Assembly: GCA_963841915.1 (NCBI GenBank)
Contig: CAWJEN010000005.1
Coordinates: forward strand, 256,001-320,000
Direction of reading: 5' to 3'
DNA length: 64,000 bases
Source of the DNA: an uncultured Planctomycetota bacterium
GTDB taxonomy: Bacteria > Planctomycetota > Phycisphaerae > Tepidisphaerales > Tepidisphaeraceae
The translations under genes were made by a program, and so were the position numbers. Position 1 is the stretch's first letter; every line of letters begins with the position of its first letter. Below the pieces are notes generated by a model. It saw only the letters and a list, made by a program, of their open reading frames with translations. It did not search any database and was not told the DNA's origin. Positions 26,682 to 36,379 of the stretch are shown here, in pieces.

Positions 26682-28238
26682 CTACAACGCACACGCGATG
26701 ATCGGCTGCGGTTCGTCGCTGTCCTGGGCCCACGACCGCGCGTCGCGGGTCATCATCGTGGCCGACTCGCCGGGGCCCCAACTGCCCGGCTCGTACGTGG
26801 CGGGTTTCTTGCCTTCTTCGTCGAGCTTTTTCCATCCGCGGAGGATCGGGTCGACGACCTGCCACGCCGCTTCCGCCTCGTCGCCGCGGATGAACAGGCT
26901 TTGGTCGCCCACGATAGCATCGGCGATGAGTCGTTCGTACGCCTCGGGCGGCTCTTTCTGGAAGGTCTCGGCGTAGTCGAAGTCGAAAGCGACGTTTTTG
27001 ATCGACAGCGTGTTGCCCGGCACCTTGCCGTTGACCCGCAGGCTGATGCCGCCTTTGGGCGCGACGTGGATGACGAGGTCGTTCGGCACCACGGGCGTCT
27101 CGCATCGCTGCTGGAACAACGTCAGCGGCGGACTCTTGAAGCGGACGACGATCTCGCTGACCTTCTTCGGCAGGCACTTGCCCGTGCGGATGTAGAACGG
27201 CGTGCCGTCCCAACGCCAGTTGTCGACGTACAGCTTCACGGCGGCAAAGGTTTCTGTCGTGCTGCCTTCCTCCACATCGTCAGCCTTGAGGTAGCCGTCG
27301 GTGTGCTGGTCCTTGCCGAAGTCGCCTGCGCCGTATTGGCCGCGAACGGCGTAGTGGGCGACGCGATCTTCGGTGACCGGGCGGATCGATTGAAAGACCT
27401 TCACCTTCTCGTCCCGGGTGTGCTTCCCGTCGAGACCGGCCGGCGGCTCCATCGCACACAGGGCGACGAGCTGCAAAATGTGGTTCTGCACCATGTCACG
27501 CAACGCGCCGCTCTTGTCGTAATAGCCAGCCCGGTCGTCAGCACTCACACTCTCTGCCACGGTGATCTGCACGTGGTCGACAAAGTTGTGATTCCACAAC
27601 GGCTCGAAAATGCTGTTGGCGAATCGCAGCACCATCATGTTCTGGACAAGCTCTTTGCCCAGATAGTGGTCGATGCGGTAGATCTGCGATTCGTCGAGCG
27701 TGCCGTGGAGCTGTTCGTTGAGCTTGCGGGCGGAGTCGAGGTCGTAGCCGAAGGGTTTTTCGATGACGACACGGCTCCACGGGTCGCCTTCTGCCTTGTT
27801 GCGTTCTCGTTGGATGAGGTTGCGATCGCCGAGGCATTCGGTGATGGGGGCGAATGTGCTGGGGGGCGTCGAGAGGTAGAACAGCCGGTTGCCGCCGGTG
27901 TTGTGGTCCTTGTCGATGGTCGCGAGCCTTTCGCCGAGCGCGTCGAAGTCATCGGCGTCGTCGTACTGACCCGGCTGGTAGTAGATCCGGGCGGCCAATC
28001 TCTCGACCAGGTCGTCGTCGAGGTCGTCTTTGCCCTTGATGCTTTCGCGGAAGCGTTCGCGGAAGTCGTCGTCGCTCATCTTCGTCCGCGAGTAACCGAC
28101 GAGGGCAAAGTTCTCGGGCAGCAACCCTTCGCTGGCAAGCTTGTACAGGGCCGGCAGCAGCTTGAGCTTGGCCAGGTCGCCTGAGGCGCCGAAAATGACG
28201 AGGGTGCAAGGACTGCGGTGCGGCATGGTCGCGATCAT
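26682..28238 (-). CDS. zwf: Glucose-6-phosphate 1-dehydrogenase
   Basis: IFGASGDLA, EKPFG, RIDHYLGKE, DMVQNH, RTGK. Confidence 0.97.
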   Translation of the reverse strand: MIATMPHRSPCTLVIFGASGDLAKLKLLPALYKLASEGLLPENFALVGYSRTKMSDDDFRERFRESIKGKDDLDDDLVERLAARIYYQPGQYDDADDFDALGERLATIDKDHNTGGNRLFYLSTPPSTFAPITECLGDRNLIQRERNKAEGDPWSRVVIEKPFGYDLDSARKLNEQLHGTLDESQIYRIDHYLGKELVQNMMVLRFANSIFEPLWNHNFVDHVQITVAESVSADDRAGYYDKSGALRDMVQNHILQLVALCAMEPPAGLDGKHTRDEKVKVFQSIRPVTEDRVAHYAVRGQYGAGDFGKDQHTDGYLKADDVEEGSTTETFAAVKLYVDNWRWDGTPFYIRTGKCLPKKVSEIVVRFKSPPLTLFQQRCETPVVPNDLVIHVAPKGGISLRVNGKVPGNTLSIKNVAFDFDYAETFQKEPPEAYERLIADAIVGDQSLFIRGDEAEAAWQVVDPILRGWKKLDEEGKKPATYEPGSWGPGESATMMTRDARSWAQDSDEPQPIIACAL

Positions 28239-28281
28239 GGGCGTGCCGCGGGCGTGGGGCAACTTTGGAATCGGGCGGACA

Positions 28282-28407
28282 GAAACGCGAAGGGGCGAAG
28301 GGGCGAAGGTCAGAAGCAGATGAAGGGTGCCCGTTAAACGCGCTTAACCCGTTCCTGCTCTGCTCTGCACTTCGCTCAGACTTTGCCCCTTCGCTTCTTC
28401 GCGTTTC
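28282..28407. repeat. REP/MITE-like element with 27-bp imperfect inverted arms built from GCGAAG units
   Basis: GAAACGCGAAGGGGCGAAGGGGCGAAG ... CTTTGCCCCTTCGCTTCTTCGCGTTTC (24/27 complementary). Confidence 0.75.
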
Positions 28408-28424
28408 ACCTCTGCGTCGACCGA

Positions 28425-28961
28425 TCAGACGTAACCGACGAGGGTCGGGGCGGCGGGTGGTGGGTAGATGTCGGGCAGGCGGCGGTAGGCGGTGCCGTAG
28501 GCGATGAGGCCGGTGTAGATGCCCTGCTTGTTGTTCGTGCTGCCACGTGTCGTGACGCCCGCCATGTCGACGGCCTCGAACCGCACGTTGGCGATCGCGT
28601 CGTACCCGGCGGCGGCGGCGTTCTCCATCAGGCGCAGCTGCGCTTCTTGCCGCGCCCGGGTCAGCAGGTCGTGGTAACTCTTGACCTCGCCGCCGATGAA
28701 CAGCTTGAACTTGGCGATGGTCGTGATGAGCCGGTTGGCAGACAGAACGACGTCGCCGGTCATGAGAGCGGTGGCGTAGCGGGTGTCGATGCCGGGCAGC
28801 GTCTTGAGGTTGACGACCATGATGTGCCCGAGCTCTGCCCGGCGGTAAGCGAGGTCTTTGCGGTGCTCGCGGTCGAGGAAGACGCCGAGCACACCGACGC
28901 CGAGCAAGGCGATTGGCACGATGAGCCACGCGAATCTGAAGAACAGGTCGATGACGTTCAC
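28425..28961 (-). CDS. YbjQ/UPF0145-like protein with N-terminal TM helix
   Basis: FIGGEVKSY..LL.RARQEA..R, DAIANVRFE, AYGTA. Confidence 0.85.
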   Translation of the reverse strand: MNVIDLFFRFAWLIVPIALLGVGVLGVFLDREHRKDLAYRRAELGHIMVVNLKTLPGIDTRYATALMTGDVVLSANRLITTIAKFKLFIGGEVKSYHDLLTRARQEAQLRLMENAAAAGYDAIANVRFEAVDMAGVTTRGSTNNKQGIYTGLIAYGTAYRRLPDIYPPPAAPTLVGYV

Positions 28962-29329
28962 GCCGCCTCCGGCTGAGCATCGGCCTCGAGCACGACGGCC
29001 GTTCCGTAGGCGTACAGCTCTGCCGCCCCGCCGGTGACGGCACTGGTGGAAAAACGCACGTTGATGACGGCATTGGCTCCGAGCTGGCCCGCCTGGGCGA
29101 TCATGCGTTCGGTTGCCTGTTGACGGGATTCGACGAGCAGTTCGGTGTAGCCCTTGAGCTCGCCGCCGACGATGTTTTTGAGGCCGGCGGCAAAGTCACG
29201 CCCGAAGTTTTTGGCGCGAACGGTGTTGCCCTGCACGAGACCGAGGATGCGTGTGACGCGGTAGCCGGGCACGAGTTCCGTGTTCGTCAGCACGATCTGC
29301 GGGAAAGGCTGAGGCGTGGGGTCGGACAT
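28958..29329 (-). CDS. YbjQ/UPF0145 family protein
   Basis: LGLVQGNTVRAKNFGRD..AGLKNIVGGELKGYT, AYGTAV. Confidence 0.92.
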   Translation of the reverse strand: MSDPTPQPFPQIVLTNTELVPGYRVTRILGLVQGNTVRAKNFGRDFAAGLKNIVGGELKGYTELLVESRQQATERMIAQAGQLGANAVINVRFSTSAVTGGAAELYAYGTAVVLEADAQPEAA

Positions 29330-29406
29330 GTGGGGCGAGTGTACGACGCGGCCTCGCCAACGCTCCGAGCGGATGCGGCAGGACGGGCGTCTCTATCCTG
29401 CGGCCA

Positions 29407-30399
29407 GTGCCCGAGCGACAAGCAGCCGATCGACCGCGCAGCAAATGGATCAAGCGAGCCGTGCGTTGGGGCTTTGCGGTTGTTGCGCTCGGCTGCATCG
29501 GCTACGCGATCTGGACGACCGATCGCTCGGGGCTGAGCGACGTGCGGATCGACTGGCCCTGGCTGCTGGCGGCGGCGGCGGCGTTGCCGGGGATGTACGT
29601 GTGCATCGCCCTGAGCGAGCGACTGCTGTTGCGGACGTTCACCGGTCGTCGACTGTCGTGGCCAGAATTGATCGCGGCGGCGTGGGTGCCGTTGTTCGGC
29701 AAGTACATTCCCGGCAAAGTCGCCGCCGCCGGGGCGGCCGTCGTGCTGCTCAAGCGGCTTGGCGTGCCGGCTTCGACGGCGCTAGGCGTTTTTGTGCTGC
29801 TTGACGCGATGCCGGTGCTGACCGGCACGCTGTTGGGCGCCGTGTTGCTTCTTGACGACTCGGTGCGGGAGCGTTTTGCCGCGGCGCCACTCGTCTTTGC
29901 AGGCGTTTTCGTCGGTGGGCTCGTGTGCCTGAGTCCGCCGGTTTTTCGAAGGGTAACGACGCTGGCGCTTCGGCTGATGCGTCGCCCGCCGTTGCCGATC
30001 GTGCCGCGATGGGTCGATTATGTCGGACCGCTGACGTGCTCGCTGGGCCAGTGGGCGTGCAACGGATTCGCGGTCTGGTTCGTGATGCGGTCGCTGGACC
30101 CGGCGGTGACTCTGGCGAGTTTGCCCTACGTTGTGTGTGCGACGGCCTTGACGATGTGCGTGAGCTACTTCGGCGCGTTCGTGACGCCCAGCGGTCTGGG
30201 CGTTCGCGAAGGAACGCTCATCGCCCTGCTATCGCCGATGATCGGCCTGCCCAACGCCACCGCGGCGGCGGTGCTGATGCGACTGAATCACACGGTCACG
30301 GAGGCATACCTGTGCGGCATCGGGCTGCTGGCGTTGCGAGCCGGAGGAACGCGAAGTGGCGAAGAAGCGAAGGGCCGCGAAGGACCAGAGGCGGCTTGA
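29407..30399 (+). CDS. Lysylphosphatidylglycerol-synthase TM domain (flippase-like) membrane protein
   Basis: [17 protein letters not shown]; multiple TM helices. Confidence 0.85.
   Translation: MPERQAADRPRSKWIKRAVRWGFAVVALGCIGYAIWTTDRSGLSDVRIDWPWLLAAAAALPGMYVCIALSERLLLRTFTGRRLSWPELIAAAWVPLFGKYIPGKVAAAGAAVVLLKRLGVPASTALGVFVLLDAMPVLTGTLLGAVLLLDDSVRERFAAAPLVFAGVFVGGLVCLSPPVFRRVTTLALRLMRRPPLPIVPRWVDYVGPLTCSLGQWACNGFAVWFVMRSLDPAVTLASLPYVVCATALTMCVSYFGAFVTPSGLGVREGTLIALLSPMIGLPNATAAAVLMRLNHTVTEAYLCGIGLLALRAGGTRSGEEAKGREGPEAA
30346..30383 (+). repeat. Single arm of the GCGAAG REP-like family
   Basis: GGAACGCGAAGTGGCGAAGAAGCGAAGGGCCGCGAAGG, similar to arms at 28282 and 63166/63285. Confidence 0.65.
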
Positions 30400-30478
30400 T
30401 GTGGCCGGGCAGGGTGCCCTGCACGCTTTGCTCTGCCTTGGCTCCGTCCATGCGGCAAGACCCGCTATCCTGCCGGCC

Positions 30479-31708
30479 ATGCCACTTGTCAACGAGAACT
30501 TTCTGAAGCTGCAGGCCGGTTACCTGTTCCCTGAGATCGCGCGTCGGGTCAAAGCGTTCGTGGCAGAGCACCCTGATCGGCCGATCATCAAGCTCGGCAT
30601 CGGCGACGTGACCGAGCCGCTGGCGCCCGTCGTGGCCGACGCGATGAAGCGAGCGGTTGAAGAGATGACGACAAGCGAGGGCTTTCACGGCTACGGGCCG
30701 AGCGAGGGGTACGACTTCCTGCGCGACGCCATCGTGGCCGACGACTACAAGTCGCGTGGCTGCGACATTGCCGCCGACGAAATCTTCGTCAGCGACGGCA
30801 GCAAGTGCGACAGCGCCAACGTGCTCGACATTCTGGGTACGGGCAACACGGTGGCGGTGACAGACCCGGTCTACCCGGTCTACGTCGACACGAATGTCAT
30901 GGCCGGCAACGCCGAGGCGGCGGGCAGCGACGGTCGCTACGGCGGCCTCGTTTACCTCGAAGCGACGGCCGACAACGGCTTTGCCCCGAACCTGCCCGAT
31001 CGACCGGTCGACGTCATTTACCTTTGCTTCCCGAACAACCCGACCGGTGCCGTCGCAAGCCGCGAGACGCTTAAGGCGTGGGTCGATTATGCCAACGAGC
31101 ACAAGTCACTGATCCTCTTCGACGCCGCCTACGAGCAGTTCATCACGGACGATTCGATCCCGCACAGCATTTACGAAATCGAAGGTGCCCGCACCTGTGC
31201 GATCGAGTTCCGCAGCTTCAGCAAAACGGCCGGTTTCACCGGGACCCGTTGCGCGTTCACCGTGGTGCCGAAGGAGCTTGTCGGCCGCACGAAAGACGGC
31301 CGAGAGATTCCGATGCACGGCTTGTGGGGCAGGCGACAGAACACGAAGTTCAACGGCGTGGCGTACATCGTCCAACGCGGCGCTGCGGCCGTTTATACCG
31401 ACGCGGGCAAGCAGCAGATCAAGAAGCTCGTCGACGGCTACATGACCAACGCGCGGCTGATCAAGTCGTCACTGACCACGGCAGGATTGACCGTTTTCGG
31501 CGGCGACAACGCACCCTACTGCTGGATCCGCTGCCCCGAAGGGCTCGACTCCTGGCAGCTGTTCGACAAGCTGCTCAACGAGGCCGGCGTCGTCTGCACA
31601 CCCGGCGTCGGCTTCGGCAAATGCGGCGAAGGGTACTTCCGGCTCAGTGCGTTCAACTCGCGAAGCAACGTCGAAACAGCGTTGGAGCGGGTGACGGCCG
31701 CGCTGTAA
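30479..31708 (+). CDS. dapL: LL-diaminopimelate aminotransferase
   Basis: [41 protein letters not shown]. Confidence 0.96.
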   Translation: MPLVNENFLKLQAGYLFPEIARRVKAFVAEHPDRPIIKLGIGDVTEPLAPVVADAMKRAVEEMTTSEGFHGYGPSEGYDFLRDAIVADDYKSRGCDIAADEIFVSDGSKCDSANVLDILGTGNTVAVTDPVYPVYVDTNVMAGNAEAAGSDGRYGGLVYLEATADNGFAPNLPDRPVDVIYLCFPNNPTGAVASRETLKAWVDYANEHKSLILFDAAYEQFITDDSIPHSIYEIEGARTCAIEFRSFSKTAGFTGTRCAFTVVPKELVGRTKDGREIPMHGLWGRRQNTKFNGVAYIVQRGAAAVYTDAGKQQIKKLVDGYMTNARLIKSSLTTAGLTVFGGDNAPYCWIRCPEGLDSWQLFDKLLNEAGVVCTPGVGFGKCGEGYFRLSAFNSRSNVETALERVTAAL

Positions 31709-31729
31709 TCGAGCCCATGAAAGCAGAGG

Positions 31730-32257
31730 TCAGCTGATCCAGAAGGTCCTCACCGGCTTGCCGCTGCGAGGGCTGATCGTCTCGCTCCGGAAGACGCCGC
31801 CGTTGCGCTCGATGACTCGGCGGCTACGGACGTTGTCTGCGTCGCAGGTGACGAGGATGCGGTCAACGCCAAAGCCTTCAAGTTCGATGAGCGCGAGTTT
31901 CAAGATCAGCGTCCCAAAGCCGCGGCCGCGGTAGTCGGCGTGGATGAAGTAGCCGACGTGCCCGCCCTCAACTTCCAGTGCAGGTGACAGTTCGTGCCGA
32001 AGTCTTGCCTCGCCGACGACAACGCCGTCCTGGATCAGCCAACGCGTTGACTGTCGCACGAAGTCCTTCGGCAAATCGCGGCCGTGCGACCAATCGTCGA
32101 GGACCTTCAGAAAACCTCGTCGGTTGTTCCGGACTGCGTCAGGCTCGATAAGGCGGAAGCCGTCGCCTGTCTCGTCAAGGGCGAGCGAGCGGTCGACCAT
32201 CGCCAGATAGCTGTCAAACAACGCCAGTGTCGGCGGCAGGAGCTGTGGCGTCGACAT
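31730..32257 (-). CDS. GNAT-family acetyltransferase
   Basis: GGHVGY.I..DYRGRGFG, LVTCDADN..SRRVIE.NGG. Confidence 0.88.
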   Translation of the reverse strand: MSTPQLLPPTLALFDSYLAMVDRSLALDETGDGFRLIEPDAVRNNRRGFLKVLDDWSHGRDLPKDFVRQSTRWLIQDGVVVGEARLRHELSPALEVEGGHVGYFIHADYRGRGFGTLILKLALIELEGFGVDRILVTCDADNVRSRRVIERNGGVFRSETISPRSGKPVRTFWIS

Positions 32258-32282
32258 CGGCCGCTCAGGCTACGGTCGCCAC

Positions 32283-32963
32283 GTGTTCCCTCGCCGTCGC
32301 AAGGTGCCGCCGGAGCTGATGCGTTCCTGGCGAGACCGTCAAGAGGAACTGGCCAAGCAGCTCCTCATCGAGCCACTCCGCGACATTCCACGGCTCGTCG
32401 CTGGTGTCGATTGCGCGTTCGACGGCGACGACGTGTTGTGCGTGGCCGTCGTCTGGGACCGCAACGCCGGGCAGGTGGTCGAGGCACAAGGCATTCGACA
32501 CTCCGGCGGCGTGCCGTACGTGCCCGGCTTCTTGAGTTTCCGCGAAGGGCCTGCCGTTCATGCCGCGCTCGATGCACTGACGACGCCGACCGGCCTCGTG
32601 CTGATCGACGGCCAAGGCATCGCACACCCGCGGCGGTGCGGACTGGCGACGCATGTCGGCGTCGAACGCGACATCCCGACCGTCGGCGTCGCCAAGAGCC
32701 GGCTCATCGGCGACTACGAAGAGCCCGGGCCTGCCAGCGGTGACACGTCGGTTCTGAGCCACAACGGTGACTGCATCGGCCGGGTGCTGCGCACGAGGCT
32801 CAACGTCAAGCCCCTGTTCGTCAGCGTCGGCCATCGTGTCGATCTCCATTCGGCCGTCGCGGCGGTCATGGCCTGCTGGACGAAGTACCGCCTGCCGGAG
32901 CCGACGCGGCAGGCGGATCGGCTCGTCGCCCGGTTCAAACGTGGGGAGGCTCTGGCGCTATAG
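32283..32963 (+). CDS. nfi: Endonuclease V
   Basis: AGVD, PYVPGFLSFRE, DGQGIAHPRRCGLA, GVAKS, YRLPEPTR.AD. Confidence 0.96.
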   Translation: MFPRRRKVPPELMRSWRDRQEELAKQLLIEPLRDIPRLVAGVDCAFDGDDVLCVAVVWDRNAGQVVEAQGIRHSGGVPYVPGFLSFREGPAVHAALDALTTPTGLVLIDGQGIAHPRRCGLATHVGVERDIPTVGVAKSRLIGDYEEPGPASGDTSVLSHNGDCIGRVLRTRLNVKPLFVSVGHRVDLHSAVAAVMACWTKYRLPEPTRQADRLVARFKRGEALAL

Positions 32964-33026
32964 ATCGGGGCAACGGCCAGGAACTTATCCGTTCCTGCGT
33001 TACGAACCGCGCCGTACTCTCTGCCC

Positions 33027-33539
33027 ATGCCCGACGCCCCGACGCAGGAACAGAAAATCAGCAAGCTCGACGAACTCGTCAAGGACATCAAGATCGCGAT
33101 GTTCACCACGACGGACGACACCTCCCCGCACCTCTACAGCCGCCCCATGGCTGCTCAGGGCGGCCTCGACAATGGCTCGCTCTTCTTCTTCACCTACAGC
33201 GACTCGAACAAGGTCGACGAGTTCAAGGCCGACCGCCAGGTCAACGTCGCCTTTGCCGACAACGCGAGCAGCAAGTACGCCTCGATCGCCGGCGTCGCCA
33301 AGCTCGTCCACGATCGCGGCATCATGGAGGACAAGTGGGACGAATCCCTCCGTGCCTGGTTCGCAGACGGCCTTGACACCAAGGGCATTGTCCTTATCCG
33401 CGTCGACGCGACAGAAGCTCAGTACTGGGACAGCCGCAACCAGATCATGCTCCACGTCTACGGGGCCATCAAGGCCTACGTCACCGGCGAGCCGGTGAAG
33501 GATTCGGGCGAGAACGAGACCGTCGCCTTCCCGCGGTAG
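33027..33539 (+). CDS. Pyridoxamine 5'-phosphate oxidase-like / general stress protein 26 family
   Basis: IKIAMFTT, SRPM, FFFT...S.KV, AQYWD. Confidence 0.88.
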   Translation: MPDAPTQEQKISKLDELVKDIKIAMFTTTDDTSPHLYSRPMAAQGGLDNGSLFFFTYSDSNKVDEFKADRQVNVAFADNASSKYASIAGVAKLVHDRGIMEDKWDESLRAWFADGLDTKGIVLIRVDATEAQYWDSRNQIMLHVYGAIKAYVTGEPVKDSGENETVAFPR

Positions 33540-33586
33540 GCCTTTGCACATGCGCTTCTGACCGACGGCTGCCCCTACCTTCTGGC

Positions 33587-34903
33587 TTGAACCCCCGCGA
33601 CTACGCCGTTCTGGCCCTCGACGACCGACGCCTGCCCGGCTACCCGCGGCAGGCCTTCAAGCGAAGCAGCCCTGTTCTGCCCGACGACCCGCGTGACCGC
33701 GCCCTGGCAGAGCGGCTCGTGGTCGGCGTGCTGAAAAACCTGCGCCTGCTCGAACGACTTATCGAGCTCCACAGCCAACGCCCGATCGACAATATCGATC
33801 CGCGGGCCCGGCTGATCCTGCTCGTGGCGATGGCGCAGCTGTGGCTGTTCGATCGCGTGCCCGACCATGCCGTCGTCACCGAGGCGGTCCAGCAGACGCG
33901 CAACCTGCGCGAACCGGGCCTGAGCCGAGCCAGCGGGTTCATCAACGCGGTGCTGCGCAAGGCCGTGAGTCGACCCGATGTCAGCGACAAGCTGCCGACG
34001 CGGGCGAACGTCATGGGCTACTGCGAAATCAACCTGAGCCACCCCAAGTCGCTCGTCCGCCGCATGATCAAGCAGCTCGGCGAGGCCGACACGCTCAAGC
34101 TCTGCGAGCATGACAATGAGGAAGCACCGCTCATCGTGCGGCTGATCGGCCAAGACAAGGCAGCTGTTGCGACGCAGATCGCCGACCGGCCCGCCATCGA
34201 GGTCACGCCGCACGAACAGGCCGATCTCGTCGTCGTCGACGGTGCTAAGCAGTCGGACGTCGCCCGCTGGTCAGAGGCCGGCCTGGCGCAACCGCAGGAC
34301 GCGACCAGCGCTGCCATTGTTGCAGAGCTTGACGTGCAGCCCGACCTGACGGTGCTGGACCGTTGCTGCGGCGTCGGGACGAAGACGCAGCAGCTTTGTG
34401 AGCTTGTTGGTGAGAAGGGCAAAGTCTTTGCCGTCGACGCGGCCGGTTCTCGCATCAGCACGCTGCGTCGGCTGGCCGGTCAGCGGCCGATCATGGCGAA
34501 TCTGACAGCCAAGCGGGCCGAGTGGCAACGCGAGCTTCCCGAGGACTGGCCCGCTGCGTACGACCGCATCCTCATCGACGCGCCGTGCTCCAACAGCGGC
34601 GTGATGGCCAGGCGGCCCGAGGCGCGATACCAGCAGGACGACGCGGCCGTCCTCGATCTGCCCAGCCTGCAACGTCGGTTGCTCGACGACGCCTGGACCG
34701 CGCTCGCACCGGGCGGGCTGCTGGCGTACGCGACGTGCAGCATCTGGCCCGACGAAAACGGCGACGTCGTGCGGCAGTTCCTCGCCAACGAACGGTCGGC
34801 AGAGCTGGTCAAGGAGACGGCGTGGCTGCCGAGCTTCGACAGTGCCGAAGACGCGACGTACCGCGACGGCGGATACGTCGCCACGCTCCGCAAGAGGTCG
34901 TAA
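33587..34903 (+). CDS. rsmB: 16S rRNA m5C967 methyltransferase with NusB-like N-domain
   Basis: P.HAVVTEAV, GFINAVLR, D.CCG.GTKT, IDAPCSNSG..RRPE, YATCS. Confidence 0.88.
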   Translation: MNPRDYAVLALDDRRLPGYPRQAFKRSSPVLPDDPRDRALAERLVVGVLKNLRLLERLIELHSQRPIDNIDPRARLILLVAMAQLWLFDRVPDHAVVTEAVQQTRNLREPGLSRASGFINAVLRKAVSRPDVSDKLPTRANVMGYCEINLSHPKSLVRRMIKQLGEADTLKLCEHDNEEAPLIVRLIGQDKAAVATQIADRPAIEVTPHEQADLVVVDGAKQSDVARWSEAGLAQPQDATSAAIVAELDVQPDLTVLDRCCGVGTKTQQLCELVGEKGKVFAVDAAGSRISTLRRLAGQRPIMANLTAKRAEWQRELPEDWPAAYDRILIDAPCSNSGVMARRPEARYQQDDAAVLDLPSLQRRLLDDAWTALAPGGLLAYATCSIWPDENGDVVRQFLANERSAELVKETAWLPSFDSAEDATYRDGGYVATLRKRS

Positions 34904-34915
34904 CGCCGGGTCTTC

Positions 34916-36379
34916 TCAACTGCCCGACGTTGTCGCCGGATCTCCCGGTGGCCGCCAGCCGCCGCCGAGGGCGCGGAACAGCTCGACGAGGTTTGTCGCG
35001 ATCGTCGACTCCGCGATCGCCAACGCGTCCTGCGTCACGAAGAGCGTCTGCTGCGCCTGCAACACACGGTCGAACTCGATAAGCCCTTCACGGTACTGCG
35101 CGTCGGCCAGCTCGAAGGCCCGCGTCGCCGCCGCCTGCGACTGCAGCAGCACGTCACGCCGGTCTCGATTCAGCGACAGAGACGTGACCGCATCGCTGGC
35201 CTCCCGAACGGCTACCAGCACAGTCCGCCGATAGTTTGCCAGCTCCTGCTCACGCCTCGCATCGGCGGCGGTGACCAGCGCACGCAGCGTGCCGCCCTGG
35301 AAGATCGGCCACATGACACTCGGCCCGACATCGAACGTGCGGCTGTCCCAATCGAAAAGGTCATCGAGATCACCGGCGGCCAAACCGAACGTGCCGGCGA
35401 GGCTGAGGCGTGGGTACAGGTCGGCCTCGGCAGCACCGACCTCGGCCACGGCGGCGGCAAGCTCACGCTCGGCTCGGCGAATGTCCGGACGACGACGCAG
35501 CAGATCGGCAGGCACGCCCACCGCAATGCTCAAGTCGGCCACCGGCAACGGCTGGGGCGGCGTGACGTCGTCGTCGGCGAATCCCGGCGCTTCACCGACC
35601 AGCACCGCCAGCCGATTCCTCGCAAGAGCAAGTTGCCGCTGAAGGTCGGGCAGACTCGCCCGCGTCTGTTGAAGGTCGGCGATGGCCTGGGCGACGTCGA
35701 GTTCGGTCGTCAGGCCGCCGTCAAACCGAGCCTGTGCCAGTTCGAGTGACCGTTGCTGAATACCGACGTTCTCGCGGGCGATGCCGAGACGGTTCTGCAA
35801 CTCACGAACGCTGATGTACGTTGTCGCCACATCGGCGGCGAGCGTTACGCGGATGTCGGCGAGGTCGAATTGCTCAGCCTCGAATTGCCGCCCCGCCGCT
35901 TGGACGCGACGCGTCAGGCGGCCGAAGACGTCAAGCTCCCACGCCGCCCCGAGGCCTGCCTGCCACAAATCCGTCTCGAAGGAGAAGCCGCCACCACCGC
36001 CGGCCCCGTCGGCACCTTCACCACCGGCCAGGCCGGCAAAGCCGTCAAGATTTTCACTCTGCCGACTGCGCGAGTAGCCGGCCGTCGCGTCGACCTGCGG
36101 CAACCGCTCGCCCCGGGCCGCCGCCAGCAAAGCCCGCGACTCGAGCACGCGAGCCAGCGCCTCCTCGACGTCCGGGCTGCGGAGCAACGCCTCTTCGACA
36201 AGGGCGGTCAGCTTCGGATCATTCAGGCGCGTCCACCACTGCGTCAGGTCGACAGGAGCGTCGGCCTCGATATCGGCGTAGGTGGTGGGCAGGCCGACGA
36301 CCTCTGGCACGACGTACTCGGGCCCAACCGCACAGCCCCCAACCGCAAGGCCGAGGGGAATCAAGAGAAAACGCTTCAA
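34916..36379 (-). CDS. RND efflux outer membrane lipoprotein (NodT/OprM family)
   Basis: Lipobox VGGC, WELDVFG, PADLLRRRPDI..AE, LFRALGGGW. Confidence 0.92.
   Translation of the reverse strand: MKRFLLIPLGLAVGGCAVGPEYVVPEVVGLPTTYADIEADAPVDLTQWWTRLNDPKLTALVEEALLRSPDVEEALARVLESRALLAAARGERLPQVDATAGYSRSRQSENLDGFAGLAGGEGADGAGGGGGFSFETDLWQAGLGAAWELDVFGRLTRRVQAAGRQFEAEQFDLADIRVTLAADVATTYISVRELQNRLGIARENVGIQQRSLELAQARFDGGLTTELDVAQAIADLQQTRASLPDLQRQLALARNRLAVLVGEAPGFADDDVTPPQPLPVADLSIAVGVPADLLRRRPDIRRAERELAAAVAEVGAAEADLYPRLSLAGTFGLAAGDLDDLFDWDSRTFDVGPSVMWPIFQGGTLRALVTAADARREQELANYRRTVLVAVREASDAVTSLSLNRDRRDVLLQSQAAATRAFELADAQYREGLIEFDRVLQAQQTLFVTQDALAIAESTIATNLVELFRALGGGWRPPGDPATTSGS

Noticed and set aside
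26166..28184. Long antisense ORFs (also 4238-5788, 17400-18983, 37720-39858, 49091-50563, 59346-60938)
   Set aside because: Shadow frames opposite well-supported genes, expected at high GC3
28425..29329. Tandem YbjQ-family genes as a novel system
   Set aside because: Paired YbjQ paralogues are a common arrangement
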